Shown piece after piece: positions 30,401 to 38,492 of a stretch of DNA of 64,000 bases; position 1 is the first letter of the stretch; each line of letters starts with the position of its first letter. The position numbers and the translations under genes were made by a program. A model generated the notes under the pieces. That model did no database searches and was not told the origin of the DNA. It saw nothing but the letters and a program-made list of their open reading frames with translations. Source of the stretch: a bacterium (GTDB lineage: Bacteria; Actinomycetota; Acidimicrobiia; Spongiisociales; Spongiisociaceae); NCBI GenBank assembly GCA_028821235.1, contig JAPPGV010000161.1:291-64290 (forward strand), written 5' to 3'.

Positions 30401-30617
30401 CCAGGATGTGGCCGTAATGGGGGCTCCCGGAGGCGAACGGGGGTCCGTCGTAGAACGTGTACTCGTGCTCGCGCGGTCGCATCTCTACGGAGGCGTGGAA
30501 GGCGCCGGTCTCGTCCCAACGCTCCAGGATGCGCGCGTCGAGTGCCGGGAGGTCGAGACCGGGAGGCACCCGGGTGAAGTCGGAGACCGGCGGGGAGTCG
30601 GGTTGGCTACCTGGCAT
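27426..30617 (-). CDS. ileS: isoleucine--tRNA ligase
   Basis: 1063 aa; HIGH-type motif PHYGHILAG, KMSKS motif KMSKRL, CP1 editing region. Confidence 0.95.
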   Translation of the reverse strand: MPGSQPDSPPVSDFTRVPPGLDLPALDARILERWDETGAFHASVEMRPREHEYTFYDGPPFASGSPHYGHILAGIIKDIVPRYWTMRGHRVERRFGWDTHGLPVEMEVEQQLGISGPRQIEDLGVTVFNDACRRMVEVTTADWEGITRRIGRWVDFRNDYKTMDPEFMESVWWVFRALWDKGLVYRAFKVLPYSWAAGTTLSNFEVSLGGYRDHPDPAITVRLEILEAPDPSGPARPGDYLTIWTTTPWTLPGNLAVAVGPDIEYVAVEDRGDRHWVAARRVEEVFGEARRPAAVASGTELLGVRYRPPFAYFEDRHTRGAFRVIRSPSVTTDEGTGLVHMAPAYGEEDLYALADADLDVIVDPVDLEARFTAATPDLAGVHVFEAADAIIGLLQESGALLKNERIVHSYPFCYRTDQPLIYKAIPTWFVRVEAIRDRMVELNGSIHWVPGPVGANRFGNWLEDARDWAVSRNRFWGSCIPVWECDSCGHQECMGSREDLAERTGVWLEDLHKHVVDEVTYPCPSCSNGGVMVRVPEVLDCWFESGSMPYAQYHYPFENEERFPRTFPADFIAEGLDQTRGWFYTLHVLAAALFDEVAFRNCVVNGMILAEDGRKMSKRLKNYPEPSAVLDRYGGDAVRAYLIDSPVLRAEPLRFSEAGVREVVRTVILPFWNAYSFFTTYAEADGIRFQDLRSAPAPADRPEIDRWILSVLQSLIRRTNELMEGYYLYAVVGPALGFVNDLTNWYVRRSRRRFWRAREGNEADKQAAFATLYEVLVTFSRLLAPVLPFITEEIHAGLVPEASSVHHTDYPVVDEGAIDEDLERTMDVARTVVTLGRSLRSDHSIGVRQPLARLAVITRDPEVTAAVRRHGAVIAEELNVKEIGTRDDELSVVELAAKANYKRLGPRLGAAVREVAAALAALPSEQVASLLEAGGMTVAGHELSADDVVITRNPRPGLAVASDGSLSVALDTVLTGELRSEGLAREVVSRIQRARRDLGLEVTDRIRLRYHTEDDLLYEAIDTHADFIAGEVLAVAILSGPMEGGTRFEIGQSTLSVRLEKAG

Positions 30618-30765
30618 GATCCTGGGAATAGCTGGCGGGCGCCATCGTACCCGTAGCTGCTGGTGGTGACGGAACCCGGCCGGCGGGCCGGAGCGATGCC
30701 TGCGGCTGGGTCACGGACCTGCTACCTTCAGTCGGCCCCACAGTCGCGCCCGGAGGAAGAGCGGT

Positions 30766-31146
30766 ATGGCATCTCGCCGCAAGCTGGCCGAGTCCACACT
30801 CGCACGTTTCAAGAGGCTCCTCGAGGAGAAGGAGCGGAGCCTCGTCTCGGTGATCGCCGACCACGAAGCCGAGCGGAGCGAGGTCAGGATGGCCGAGACC
30901 GCGGCCGAGCGCAGACCCGATCCGGACTCGGCCGATGGCGGCTCGATGGCCTTCGAGTTCGAGAAGGAGTTGTCGGTGGACCGCAACAGCCGTGACCTGC
31001 TCGGCCAGGTCCGCAGCGCGCTGCAGGCACTGGAGGACGGTACCTACGGCGAGTGTCGAGTCTGTGGAGGCACCATCCCGGTGGCGCGCCTGCGGGCCCT
31101 TCCGCAGACCAGCCTGTGCGTGAAGTGCGCGTCGCGGCGGCGCTGA
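30766..31146 (+). CDS. DksA/TraR-family C4 zinc-finger protein
   Basis: Coiled-coil N-terminus and CRVCGGTIPVARLRALPQTSLCVKC zinc finger. Confidence 0.8.
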   Translation: MASRRKLAESTLARFKRLLEEKERSLVSVIADHEAERSEVRMAETAAERRPDPDSADGGSMAFEFEKELSVDRNSRDLLGQVRSALQALEDGTYGECRVCGGTIPVARLRALPQTSLCVKCASRRR

Positions 31147-31592
31147 GCAGCCGACGCATCAATGCCGGCCTCCTGGGCGGGGCCGTTCTGGTAGCCGATC
31201 AGATCAGCAAGCTCTGGGCGCGAACGGCGCTGGCCGACCAGAACCTCGTGATCATTCCCGGCTGGTTCCGGCTCGCGGTCACCGAGAACTCGGGGGCGGC
31301 CTTCTCCCTGTTCCAGGGTTACGGGTCCTGGTTGGGGTTGGCCGCCGTCGTGGTGGCGTTCCTGATCCTGGTAATGGTGGAGCGCACCAGGAGCACCACC
31401 GAGTTGGTGGGGTTGGGTCTGGTGCTCGGCGGGGCGATCGGAAACCTCGTCGATCGGCTCCTGGGCGGACCATGGATGTCCGGCGCGGTCACAGACTTCA
31501 TCGACTTCAGCTTCTGGCCCACCTTCAACGTTGCCGACTCCTCCATCACGGTGGGCGTGGTGATCCTCGTATGGGCGGCCAGACGCATCTGA
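31125..31592 (+). CDS. lspA: lipoprotein signal peptidase II
   Basis: NSGAAFS, GGAIGNLVDR, FNVAD motifs. Start uncertain: GTG 31125 or 31116, overlapping the dksA-like gene end. The track start at 31053 is probably too early. Confidence 0.75.
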   Translation: MRVAAALSSRRINAGLLGGAVLVADQISKLWARTALADQNLVIIPGWFRLAVTENSGAAFSLFQGYGSWLGLAAVVVAFLILVMVERTRSTTELVGLGLVLGGAIGNLVDRLLGGPWMSGAVTDFIDFSFWPTFNVADSSITVGVVILVWAARRI

Positions 31593-32512
31593 CCGTCCCC
31601 GAATCCCTGGACGGCGCCCGCTTCGACCTGATCCTGGCCCGGCTGGCCGGGGTGAGCAGGGCGAGAGCCAGGCGGATGATCGAGTCCGGCGGAGCGGGGC
31701 TGACAGCAGCCGGGCCGGACAGTGGAGGCCGGCCCAGCACCCGGCTCGGCGCCGGTGACGGCCTCTGGTTCGTGCCTCCCGAGACCGCCCCGTTGCGACC
31801 GTATCCCGTCGAGTTGGACGTCCGCTACGAGGACCGCTACCTGGCGGTGATCGGCAAGCCCGCGGGGATGGTCACCCATCCGGGGCCCGGACACGTCGAG
31901 GCGACGCTGGTCTCGGCGCTTCTCCATCGGTGGCCTGAGGTCGAGGGGGTTGGTGAGTACCCGCGGTGGGGGATAGTTCACCGCCTTGACATGGACACCT
32001 CGGGGGCCATCCTCATCGCCCGGCACCCGCTCGCGCACCGTCGCCTGACCGAGGCGATGGCCGCCAGGGAGGTGCGCCGCCGCTACCTCACGCTCACCCA
32101 CGGCGGCTTCGCCGTCGCCTCCGGGACGATCGAGGCGCCGATCGATCGGCGGCGGACGAGACGGTTCGTGGGTCCCGGCGGCAAGCCCGCCGTCACGCAC
32201 TACCGCTGGCTGGCCACGTGGGACCGTCCCGTGCTGAGCCTGCTGGAGGTGACTCTCGAGACGGGGCGTACCCACCAGATCCGGGTGCATCTGGGCTCGA
32301 TCGACCGGCCGGTGGTGGGGGATCGGGTCTACGGGCGGCCCGCCCGGGCCGGCGTCGATCCGGGGCGCGTATGGCTCCATGCCCACCGGCTCGGTCTCGT
32401 CCACCCGGTCACCCGCCAGGACCTCGACGTGGAGGTGCCCCTTACCTCCGATCTCCGGTCGAGCCTCGAAGCCCTCGGTAGGCCCGCCGAGGGAGAGGTG
32501 CCGCGGGAATAA
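31571..32512 (+). CDS. rluD: RluA-family 23S rRNA pseudouridine synthase (RluD-like)
   Basis: Start at ATG 31571. S4-like N-terminus and catalytic HRLDMDTSG motif. Confidence 0.85.
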   Translation: MGGQTHLTVPESLDGARFDLILARLAGVSRARARRMIESGGAGLTAAGPDSGGRPSTRLGAGDGLWFVPPETAPLRPYPVELDVRYEDRYLAVIGKPAGMVTHPGPGHVEATLVSALLHRWPEVEGVGEYPRWGIVHRLDMDTSGAILIARHPLAHRRLTEAMAAREVRRRYLTLTHGGFAVASGTIEAPIDRRRTRRFVGPGGKPAVTHYRWLATWDRPVLSLLEVTLETGRTHQIRVHLGSIDRPVVGDRVYGRPARAGVDPGRVWLHAHRLGLVHPVTRQDLDVEVPLTSDLRSSLEALGRPAEGEVPRE

Positions 32513-32607
32513 TCCCGAACAAGCCAGGTTGACGCGCCGGAGTTCGCTAGTGTTTCGGATCGCTGGGTGCCCCTGACCGGTCGACGGATAGCGGTCAAGG
32601 ATGGGGC

Positions 32608-35600
32608 ATGGCGAGTAACGGTTTCGTCCACCTCCACGTGCACAGCGAGTTCTCGATGCTCGACGGCGCAGCGCGGATCGAAGACGCCGTAGCGGCGGTC
32701 GTATCAGACGGCCAGCCGGCGCTGGGCCTGACTGATCACGGCGTGCTCTACGGCGCGGTCGACTTCTACCGGGCCGCCACCGCGGCAGGCATCAAGCCGA
32801 TTCTCGGCGTGGAGGGCTACCTGACCACCGGCTCCCGCTTCGATCGGCCCACCGGGCCCGACAACGTCCGCCATCACATCACCCTGCTGGCCGAGACGCA
32901 GACCGGCTACTCCAACCTGGTCAAGCTGGTCAGCAGGGCCTTCCTGGAGGGTTACTACTACAAGCCCCGCATGGACCACGAGCTGCTGGCCGAGTATGCC
33001 GAGGGCATCATCGCCACCAGTGGCTGCCTGTCCGGTCATGTGCCGACGCTGCTGGCCCCGGACGCGCCGCGAGAGGACGGGTACGGTGGCGGCCGGCGGG
33101 ACTTGGAGAAAGCCGTGGAGGCAGCCGGCCTCTACCAGGACATCTTCGGCCGGGACCGGTTCTTCATCGAGCTCCACGACCTCGGCCTGGAGAGCCAGCA
33201 GCGCATCCTCCCCGACCTGGTGGAGATCTCGCAGCGGGTCGGCGCTCCGCTCCTGGCCACCAACGATGCCCACTACACCCGCCAGGACGAGGCGGCCGCC
33301 CACGATGTCCTGCTCTGCATCCAGACGGGGTCGACCATGGGGGACCCGGACCGGAGCCTCCGTTTCGAGGGCGAGGAGTTCTATCTGAAGACCCCTCGGG
33401 AGATGCGGGACCGGTTCCCGGAGGACACTTATCCCGATGCGTGCGACAACACGCTCCTGATCGCCGAGCGCGTGAACGTGGATCTGGACTTCGACCAGTT
33501 GCTCCTGCCCCACTTTCCGGTCCCGGACGGCCACACGGCCATGTCCTACCTGCGGGAGTTGGTGACCGAGGGCGCTCGCCGCCGCTACGAGGGCCGGACC
33601 GGCGGCGAGGTCGGGCAGCGCATAGAGCACGAGATGCGGATCATCGAGGACATGGGCTTCCCCGACTACTTCCTGATCGTGTGGGACCTGGTGCGCTACG
33701 CGAGGTCGCGCCTGATCAGGGTCGGCCCGGGGCGGGGCTCGGCGGCCGGGTCGATCGTGGCCTACTCGCTGGGTATCACCGATCTGGACCCGATCGGGTA
33801 CGGCCTGATCTTCGAGCGCTTCCTCAACCCCGGCCGGCGCGAGATGCCGGACATCGACATGGACTTCGACGAGCGTTTCCGGGGCGACATCATCCGGTAC
33901 GCGGCCGACAAGTACGGATCCGATCACGTGGCCCAGATCGTCACCTTCTCCACGATCAAGGGGAAGCAGGCTATTCGTGACTCGGCCCGGGTCCAGGGTT
34001 TCCCGTACGCGATGGGGGACCGCCTGGCCAAGCTGATGCCGGATCCGGTCCTGGGACGGGAGGCATCGCTCGACATCTGCTTCAACCCCCCGGCCCACGA
34101 TGCCGATGGGATCACCAAGGAGTGGTATGCCAACGCCGCCGGGCTGCGGGAGGACTACCGGGACAAGGAGGACGCCCGCCTGGTCCTGGACACCGCGCGG
34201 GGTCTGGAAGGGCTCCGCCGCCAGGACTCGATCCACGCCGCGGCGGTGGTGATCGCTCCCCGGCCGCTCACCGACCTGGTGCCGGTGCAGCGCAAGGGCG
34301 AGGACGCCGAGGTGGTCACCCAGTACGAGATGCATGCCATCGAGAAGCTGGGCCTGCTCAAGATGGACATTCTCGGCCTGCGCACGCTGTCGACCATCGA
34401 CCGGACGCTGGACCTGATCGAACGGAGCACCGGGGACCGGCCCGACATCGACCGGGTCCCCCTGGACGATGCCGACACCTACGAGATGCTCTGCAGAGGC
34501 GACACCATCGGTGTCTTCCAGCTGGAAGGTACCGCCATGCGCTCCCTGATCAGGAGCCTACGGCCGGACCGATTCCAGGACATGATCGCCCTCGTGGCCC
34601 TGTACCGGCCCGGCCCGATGTCGAACGACTGGCACCACGCCTACGCCAACCGCAAGAACCGGCGCAGCAAGGTGGATTATCCCCATCCGGCCACCGAGGG
34701 CGTGCTGAGCGAGACCTACGGCCTCATGATCTACCAGGAACAGGTCATGCAGATCGCCCGCGACATCGCGGGGTACTCCATGGCCGACGCCGACGCCCTC
34801 CGCAAGGCCATGGGCAAGAAGATCCCCGCCATCATGGAGCAGGAACGGGACAAGTTCGTGGCCGGCGTGGTGGCGGGCGGCAACACGCCGGAGTTCGGGG
34901 GAGAGCTGTTCGACTCGATCGAGGGCTTCGCCGGTTATGGCTTCAACAAGTCGCACAGCGCCGCCTACGGCCTGCTGGCCTACCAGACCGCCTACCTCAA
35001 GGTTCGCTTCCCGGCCGAATACATGGCCGCCCTGCTCACGTCGTCGCACCGGGAGAAGGACCGTAACCGCCTGTACCTGAGCGAGTGCCGAGTGATGGGG
35101 CTGGAGGTGTCGGCGCCGTCGGTCAACGCCTCCGAGAGCGACTTCACCGTCCGGGACGGCAGGATCGTGTTCGGACTCTCCGGGGTGCGGAACGTCGGGT
35201 CGGCGGTGGTGGAGAAGATCATCGAGGCCCGCCACGCCGGGGGCGCCTTCGCGGACTTCCAGGACTTCGCCAACCGGGTGGAGGCCACGGCCCTCAACAA
35301 GCGGGTGGTGGCCTCGCTGATCAGGGCGGGCGCCTTCGAAGACCTGGGGCACACCCGAAGAGGCCTGAACGAGGTGGCGGAGTTGATGATCGAGCGTACG
35401 CTGGCGCGGAGGCGGCACGAGGAGGCGGGTCAGTTCAGCTTGTTCGGCGGGGAAGCCGAGGTTCCGGAGTTCGACGAGGTGGCGATTCCGGAGGATGAGT
35501 GGAACAAGTTCGTCCTGCTGGCCCACGAGAAGGAGATGCTGGGCCTCTACGTATCGGACCATCCGCTGAACGGTCTGGGCCGGGCCCTGGCGCAGCACAC

Positions 35601-36129
35601 CAACGCGACCGTGTCCGGGCTGGCGGCGCTGGCGGACGGGGAGCGGGTGAGGGTCGGCGGGATCGTCAGCGGAATCACCCGCCGCTACACCAGCTCGGGG
35701 GAGCAGATGGCCTACTTCAACATCGAGGACCTCGACAGCTCGGTCGAGGTGGTGGTGTTTGCGAAGACCCTGGCCTCGGCCGACGAGATTCTGGAGGAGG
35801 ACGCCATCATGGTGGTGGAGGGCAGGCTGAGCAACCGGGATGAGGTGAAGGTCCGGGCCTTCCGAATCACCAGACCCAAGCTCGTCCCCGACAGCGACCT
35901 CAGGCTGCGCCTGGAGCCCCGCCGGGCGCTAACGGATCAGGATGCCTTCATGGAGTCGCTGCGCGAGCTCAAGCAGGTGGTGTCCAACCATCCGGGGCCG
36001 GCGCCGGTCTACATCGACCTCACCGCCGGGGAGAGTCGGAAGGTCTTCCAGCTCGACGAGAAAGTGGAACTGTCGTCCTCGCTCTACGCCGAGGTGAGGG
36101 GCATCTTCGGGGAGGCGGCCCTCGCCTAG
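32608..36129 (+). CDS. dnaE: DNA polymerase III alpha subunit
   Basis: 1173 aa; PHP domain FVHLHVHSEFSMLDGA, polymerase core, C-terminal OB region. Confidence 0.95.
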   Translation: MASNGFVHLHVHSEFSMLDGAARIEDAVAAVVSDGQPALGLTDHGVLYGAVDFYRAATAAGIKPILGVEGYLTTGSRFDRPTGPDNVRHHITLLAETQTGYSNLVKLVSRAFLEGYYYKPRMDHELLAEYAEGIIATSGCLSGHVPTLLAPDAPREDGYGGGRRDLEKAVEAAGLYQDIFGRDRFFIELHDLGLESQQRILPDLVEISQRVGAPLLATNDAHYTRQDEAAAHDVLLCIQTGSTMGDPDRSLRFEGEEFYLKTPREMRDRFPEDTYPDACDNTLLIAERVNVDLDFDQLLLPHFPVPDGHTAMSYLRELVTEGARRRYEGRTGGEVGQRIEHEMRIIEDMGFPDYFLIVWDLVRYARSRLIRVGPGRGSAAGSIVAYSLGITDLDPIGYGLIFERFLNPGRREMPDIDMDFDERFRGDIIRYAADKYGSDHVAQIVTFSTIKGKQAIRDSARVQGFPYAMGDRLAKLMPDPVLGREASLDICFNPPAHDADGITKEWYANAAGLREDYRDKEDARLVLDTARGLEGLRRQDSIHAAAVVIAPRPLTDLVPVQRKGEDAEVVTQYEMHAIEKLGLLKMDILGLRTLSTIDRTLDLIERSTGDRPDIDRVPLDDADTYEMLCRGDTIGVFQLEGTAMRSLIRSLRPDRFQDMIALVALYRPGPMSNDWHHAYANRKNRRSKVDYPHPATEGVLSETYGLMIYQEQVMQIARDIAGYSMADADALRKAMGKKIPAIMEQERDKFVAGVVAGGNTPEFGGELFDSIEGFAGYGFNKSHSAAYGLLAYQTAYLKVRFPAEYMAALLTSSHREKDRNRLYLSECRVMGLEVSAPSVNASESDFTVRDGRIVFGLSGVRNVGSAVVEKIIEARHAGGAFADFQDFANRVEATALNKRVVASLIRAGAFEDLGHTRRGLNEVAELMIERTLARRRHEEAGQFSLFGGEAEVPEFDEVAIPEDEWNKFVLLAHEKEMLGLYVSDHPLNGLGRALAQHTNATVSGLAALADGERVRVGGIVSGITRRYTSSGEQMAYFNIEDLDSSVEVVVFAKTLASADEILEEDAIMVVEGRLSNRDEVKVRAFRITRPKLVPDSDLRLRLEPRRALTDQDAFMESLRELKQVVSNHPGPAPVYIDLTAGESRKVFQLDEKVELSSSLYAEVRGIFGEAALA

Positions 36130-36147
36130 GGCGCCGGCTAGGCGCCC
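36129..36147. terminator. GC hairpin between convergent dnaE and aroQ-fusion genes
   Basis: gggcgcc (36129-36135) / loop ggcta / ggcgccc (36141-36147), a perfect 7-bp stem. It touches the dnaE stop (36127-36129) and contains the minus-strand stop (36138-36140). No U-tract. Confidence 0.35.
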
Positions 36148-37280
36148 AGGCAGGCGTGCGCCACCTCCTCCCATCCGGCGGCGAGGGGCGAGATCACGTC
36201 CATGTGGTCGGCCTCCAGTACCTCGACCAGGTGGGATCGGTCGCCGGCCGCCAAGGCCGCCTTGACGAAGCGGCGGCTCTGCTCCGGCGCTACCGACCGG
36301 TCCATGAGGCCGTGCACCGCCACCGTCGGGACACCGGAGGGAAGGGCACGGATGGGGTCGACCGCCGGGAGGCGAGCGTGGCGGTCGTCGCCCAGGAAGG
36401 CCGAGATGAGCCCGTCGAAACCGGAACCGACGTTCTCCAGGTCGAGCATTCCCGCCAGCGTGACGAAGCCGGCCGGACGCACGGAGGCGGTCTTGGCGGC
36501 GAAGAATCCCAGTTGGGCGCCGGCGGAGTGCCCGATCACCGTCACCCGGTCCAGGTCGAGGCGATGGTCGCCGGAGATGGAGGACAGGGCGCCGACCGCG
36601 GCGGTAACGTCCGCCATGGAGTCCCGCCAACCGCCCACCGGTGGGATCCGCCGGTACTCGATATTCCAGGTGGCCGTTCCCCTCGCGGCCAGGTCGACCG
36701 CGGCCCCGTCCATCAGGTCACGGGTGTAGGGGTCCGCCCATCCGCCACCGTGGACCAGGATCGCCACCGGGTGGGGTCCGGGAGCATCGGGAAGCCGCAG
36801 ATCGGCCACCTGGTCGGGGTGCGGCCCGTAGGCCAGGATGAGAGGGGGATGGGCCGCCCGGTAGTGGAGATGGGAAATGGCGTCCAGGTAGCCGGTGACG
36901 CCCCGGCCGAAGATCTGGTACGCGCAGGCCGGCTCGGTCACGGAGATGCGCCGCCATGGCTCGCGTTCCCGAACATTGGAGATATGGATCTCTACGGTGG
37001 GGATCCCGACCGCCTCTATGGCGTCGTGGAGGGCATAGCTGGTGTGGGAGAAGGCGCCGGGGTTGAAAACGATCCCGTCAGCGGTCTCCCGCGCGGCGTG
37101 AATGGCGTCGATCAACTCTCCCTCGTGATTGGACTGGAAGTCCTCGAGGCGATGACCGAGCCGGGCCGCGTGCGCGTGGCACTGCTCGGCCACGTCTTCG
37201 AGCGTGTCCGAGCCGTAGACCTCCGGGGCGCGCGTGCCCAGGAGGTTGAGGTTGGGGCCGTTCAGCAAGAGGATTCGCAT
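36138..37280 (-). CDS. aroQ: fusion protein: type II 3-dehydroquinate dehydratase (N-terminal) + alpha/beta hydrolase (C-terminal)
   Basis: Residues 1-145 are MRILLLNGPNLNLLGTR...EIHISNVREREPWRR (DHQase II). Residues about 150-380 carry HGGGW (oxyanion), GHSAG (nucleophile elbow), and later Asp and His (HGLMDRS, EADHMD). Confidence 0.8.
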   Translation of the reverse strand: MRILLLNGPNLNLLGTRAPEVYGSDTLEDVAEQCHAHAARLGHRLEDFQSNHEGELIDAIHAARETADGIVFNPGAFSHTSYALHDAIEAVGIPTVEIHISNVREREPWRRISVTEPACAYQIFGRGVTGYLDAISHLHYRAAHPPLILAYGPHPDQVADLRLPDAPGPHPVAILVHGGGWADPYTRDLMDGAAVDLAARGTATWNIEYRRIPPVGGWRDSMADVTAAVGALSSISGDHRLDLDRVTVIGHSAGAQLGFFAAKTASVRPAGFVTLAGMLDLENVGSGFDGLISAFLGDDRHARLPAVDPIRALPSGVPTVAVHGLMDRSVAPEQSRRFVKAALAAGDRSHLVEVLEADHMDVISPLAAGWEEVAHACLGA

Positions 37281-37421
37281 GGTTACCAGAGCGTAGGCGG
37301 GTCTGGGCGCCAGTTGGGATGATTAGTCCCCCGACGCCGCGGGGCGGGTGATCACCACACCACCCGGCCGACCGGGAGCGGTACGGCCCGGCCGGTACAC
37401 TCGGGCCGGGAAGGCGATGCG

Positions 37422-38489
37422 GTGAGAGACGGCAACATAGGCTTCGGCCTGGTCGGGACCGGTATGTCGGGTGGCTTCATGGCCAAGGAGCTCGACTTCG
37501 TCGACGGCGCCGAGCTGGTGGCGGTGTGCAGCCGGAACGAGTCCAACGTCCGGGGATTCGCCGAGGCCCACGACGCCAGGCACTGGTTCACCGATTACCG
37601 GCGGTTGGTGGAACACGATGATGTCGATGTGGTGGTCGTCTCGGTTCCCACCGGTCTGCACGCCGAGGTGGCGATCGCCGCCTCGAACTCCGGCAAGCAT
37701 GCCTTGGTGGAGAAGCCCCTTGACACCACGCTGGAGAGGGCTGATCGGATGATCGCCGTCTGCCGGGCGAACAACACCAAGCTCGGGGTGGTCTTCCAGA
37801 TGCGTTTCGGTGTGGTGGCCCGCACCCTCAAGGAGGCGGTCGACTCGGGTCGTCTGGGGCGGGTGTTCCTGAGCGACGCGGTTGACAAGTCGAGCCGGAC
37901 GGCTGCCTATTACGACTCTGCCGCCTGGCGGGGAACCGAGGCGCTCGAGGGCGGGGGCTGTCTGATGACCCAGTCCATCCACATAATCGACCTCCTGCAG
38001 CATCTGATGGGACCGGTGCGGTCTGTGATGGGCCGGGTGGCTACCCAGTTCCACGACATCGAGGTGGAGGACACCGCTACCGCGGTGGTCAGTTTCACCA
38101 ACGGCGCTATGGGGATCATCGAGAGCACTTCCTCGGTCCGGACCGCTCTCAAGTCCCGGATCGAGCTGCACGGCGAGCTGGGCACCGTGGTCGCCAACGC
38201 CCAGTACGACAGGTTCCTTGTCTGGGATGTAGAGGGTGACGAGGATCGGGTGGAGGTGGACCCGGACTTCGGGTTGACCGACATCGACGATCCCTGGGCC
38301 TACCCGCAGACCCGCCACCGGATCCAGCTCCAGGACATGGTCGACGCCATCCGAGAGGATCGTGATCCGGTGCTCACCGGTGAGGACGCCCGGGTGTCTC
38401 TGGCCATAATCGCGGCCATCTACGAGTCCTCCCGGCTGGGGAGGGAGGTCTTCCTCGATGCCTACCGGCCGGGGAACCCCGTCCCCTGA
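37422..38489 (+). CDS. Gfo/Idh/MocA-family NAD(P)-dependent oxidoreductase
   Basis: N-terminal Rossmann IGFGLVGTGMSGGF, EKP motif in VEKPLD; 355 aa. The last 46 codons lie inside the left direct repeat. Confidence 0.85.
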   Translation: MRDGNIGFGLVGTGMSGGFMAKELDFVDGAELVAVCSRNESNVRGFAEAHDARHWFTDYRRLVEHDDVDVVVVSVPTGLHAEVAIAASNSGKHALVEKPLDTTLERADRMIAVCRANNTKLGVVFQMRFGVVARTLKEAVDSGRLGRVFLSDAVDKSSRTAAYYDSAAWRGTEALEGGGCLMTQSIHIIDLLQHLMGPVRSVMGRVATQFHDIEVEDTATAVVSFTNGAMGIIESTSSVRTALKSRIELHGELGTVVANAQYDRFLVWDVEGDEDRVEVDPDFGLTDIDDPWAYPQTRHRIQLQDMVDAIREDRDPVLTGEDARVSLAIIAAIYESSRLGREVFLDAYRPGNPVP

Positions 38490-38492
38490 GTC
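38347..38492. repeat. left copy of 146-bp direct repeat (authentic 3' end of the oxidoreductase gene)
   Basis: Hand alignment to 40298-40443 gives 144/146 identical. Mismatches at 38354 (a vs c) and 38480 (c vs t). Confidence 0.9.

Noticed and set aside
30618-30765. Possible T-box leader upstream of ileS. Actinobacterial ileS genes are known to carry short translational T-boxes.
   Set aside because: Reading the 148-nt leader on the minus strand, I found an AUC triplet and a UGGC. I did not find the conserved T-box sequence (GGUGGUACCGCG-like) or a convincing specifier-loop/antisequestrator arrangement. An Rfam RF00230 covariance search would settle it.
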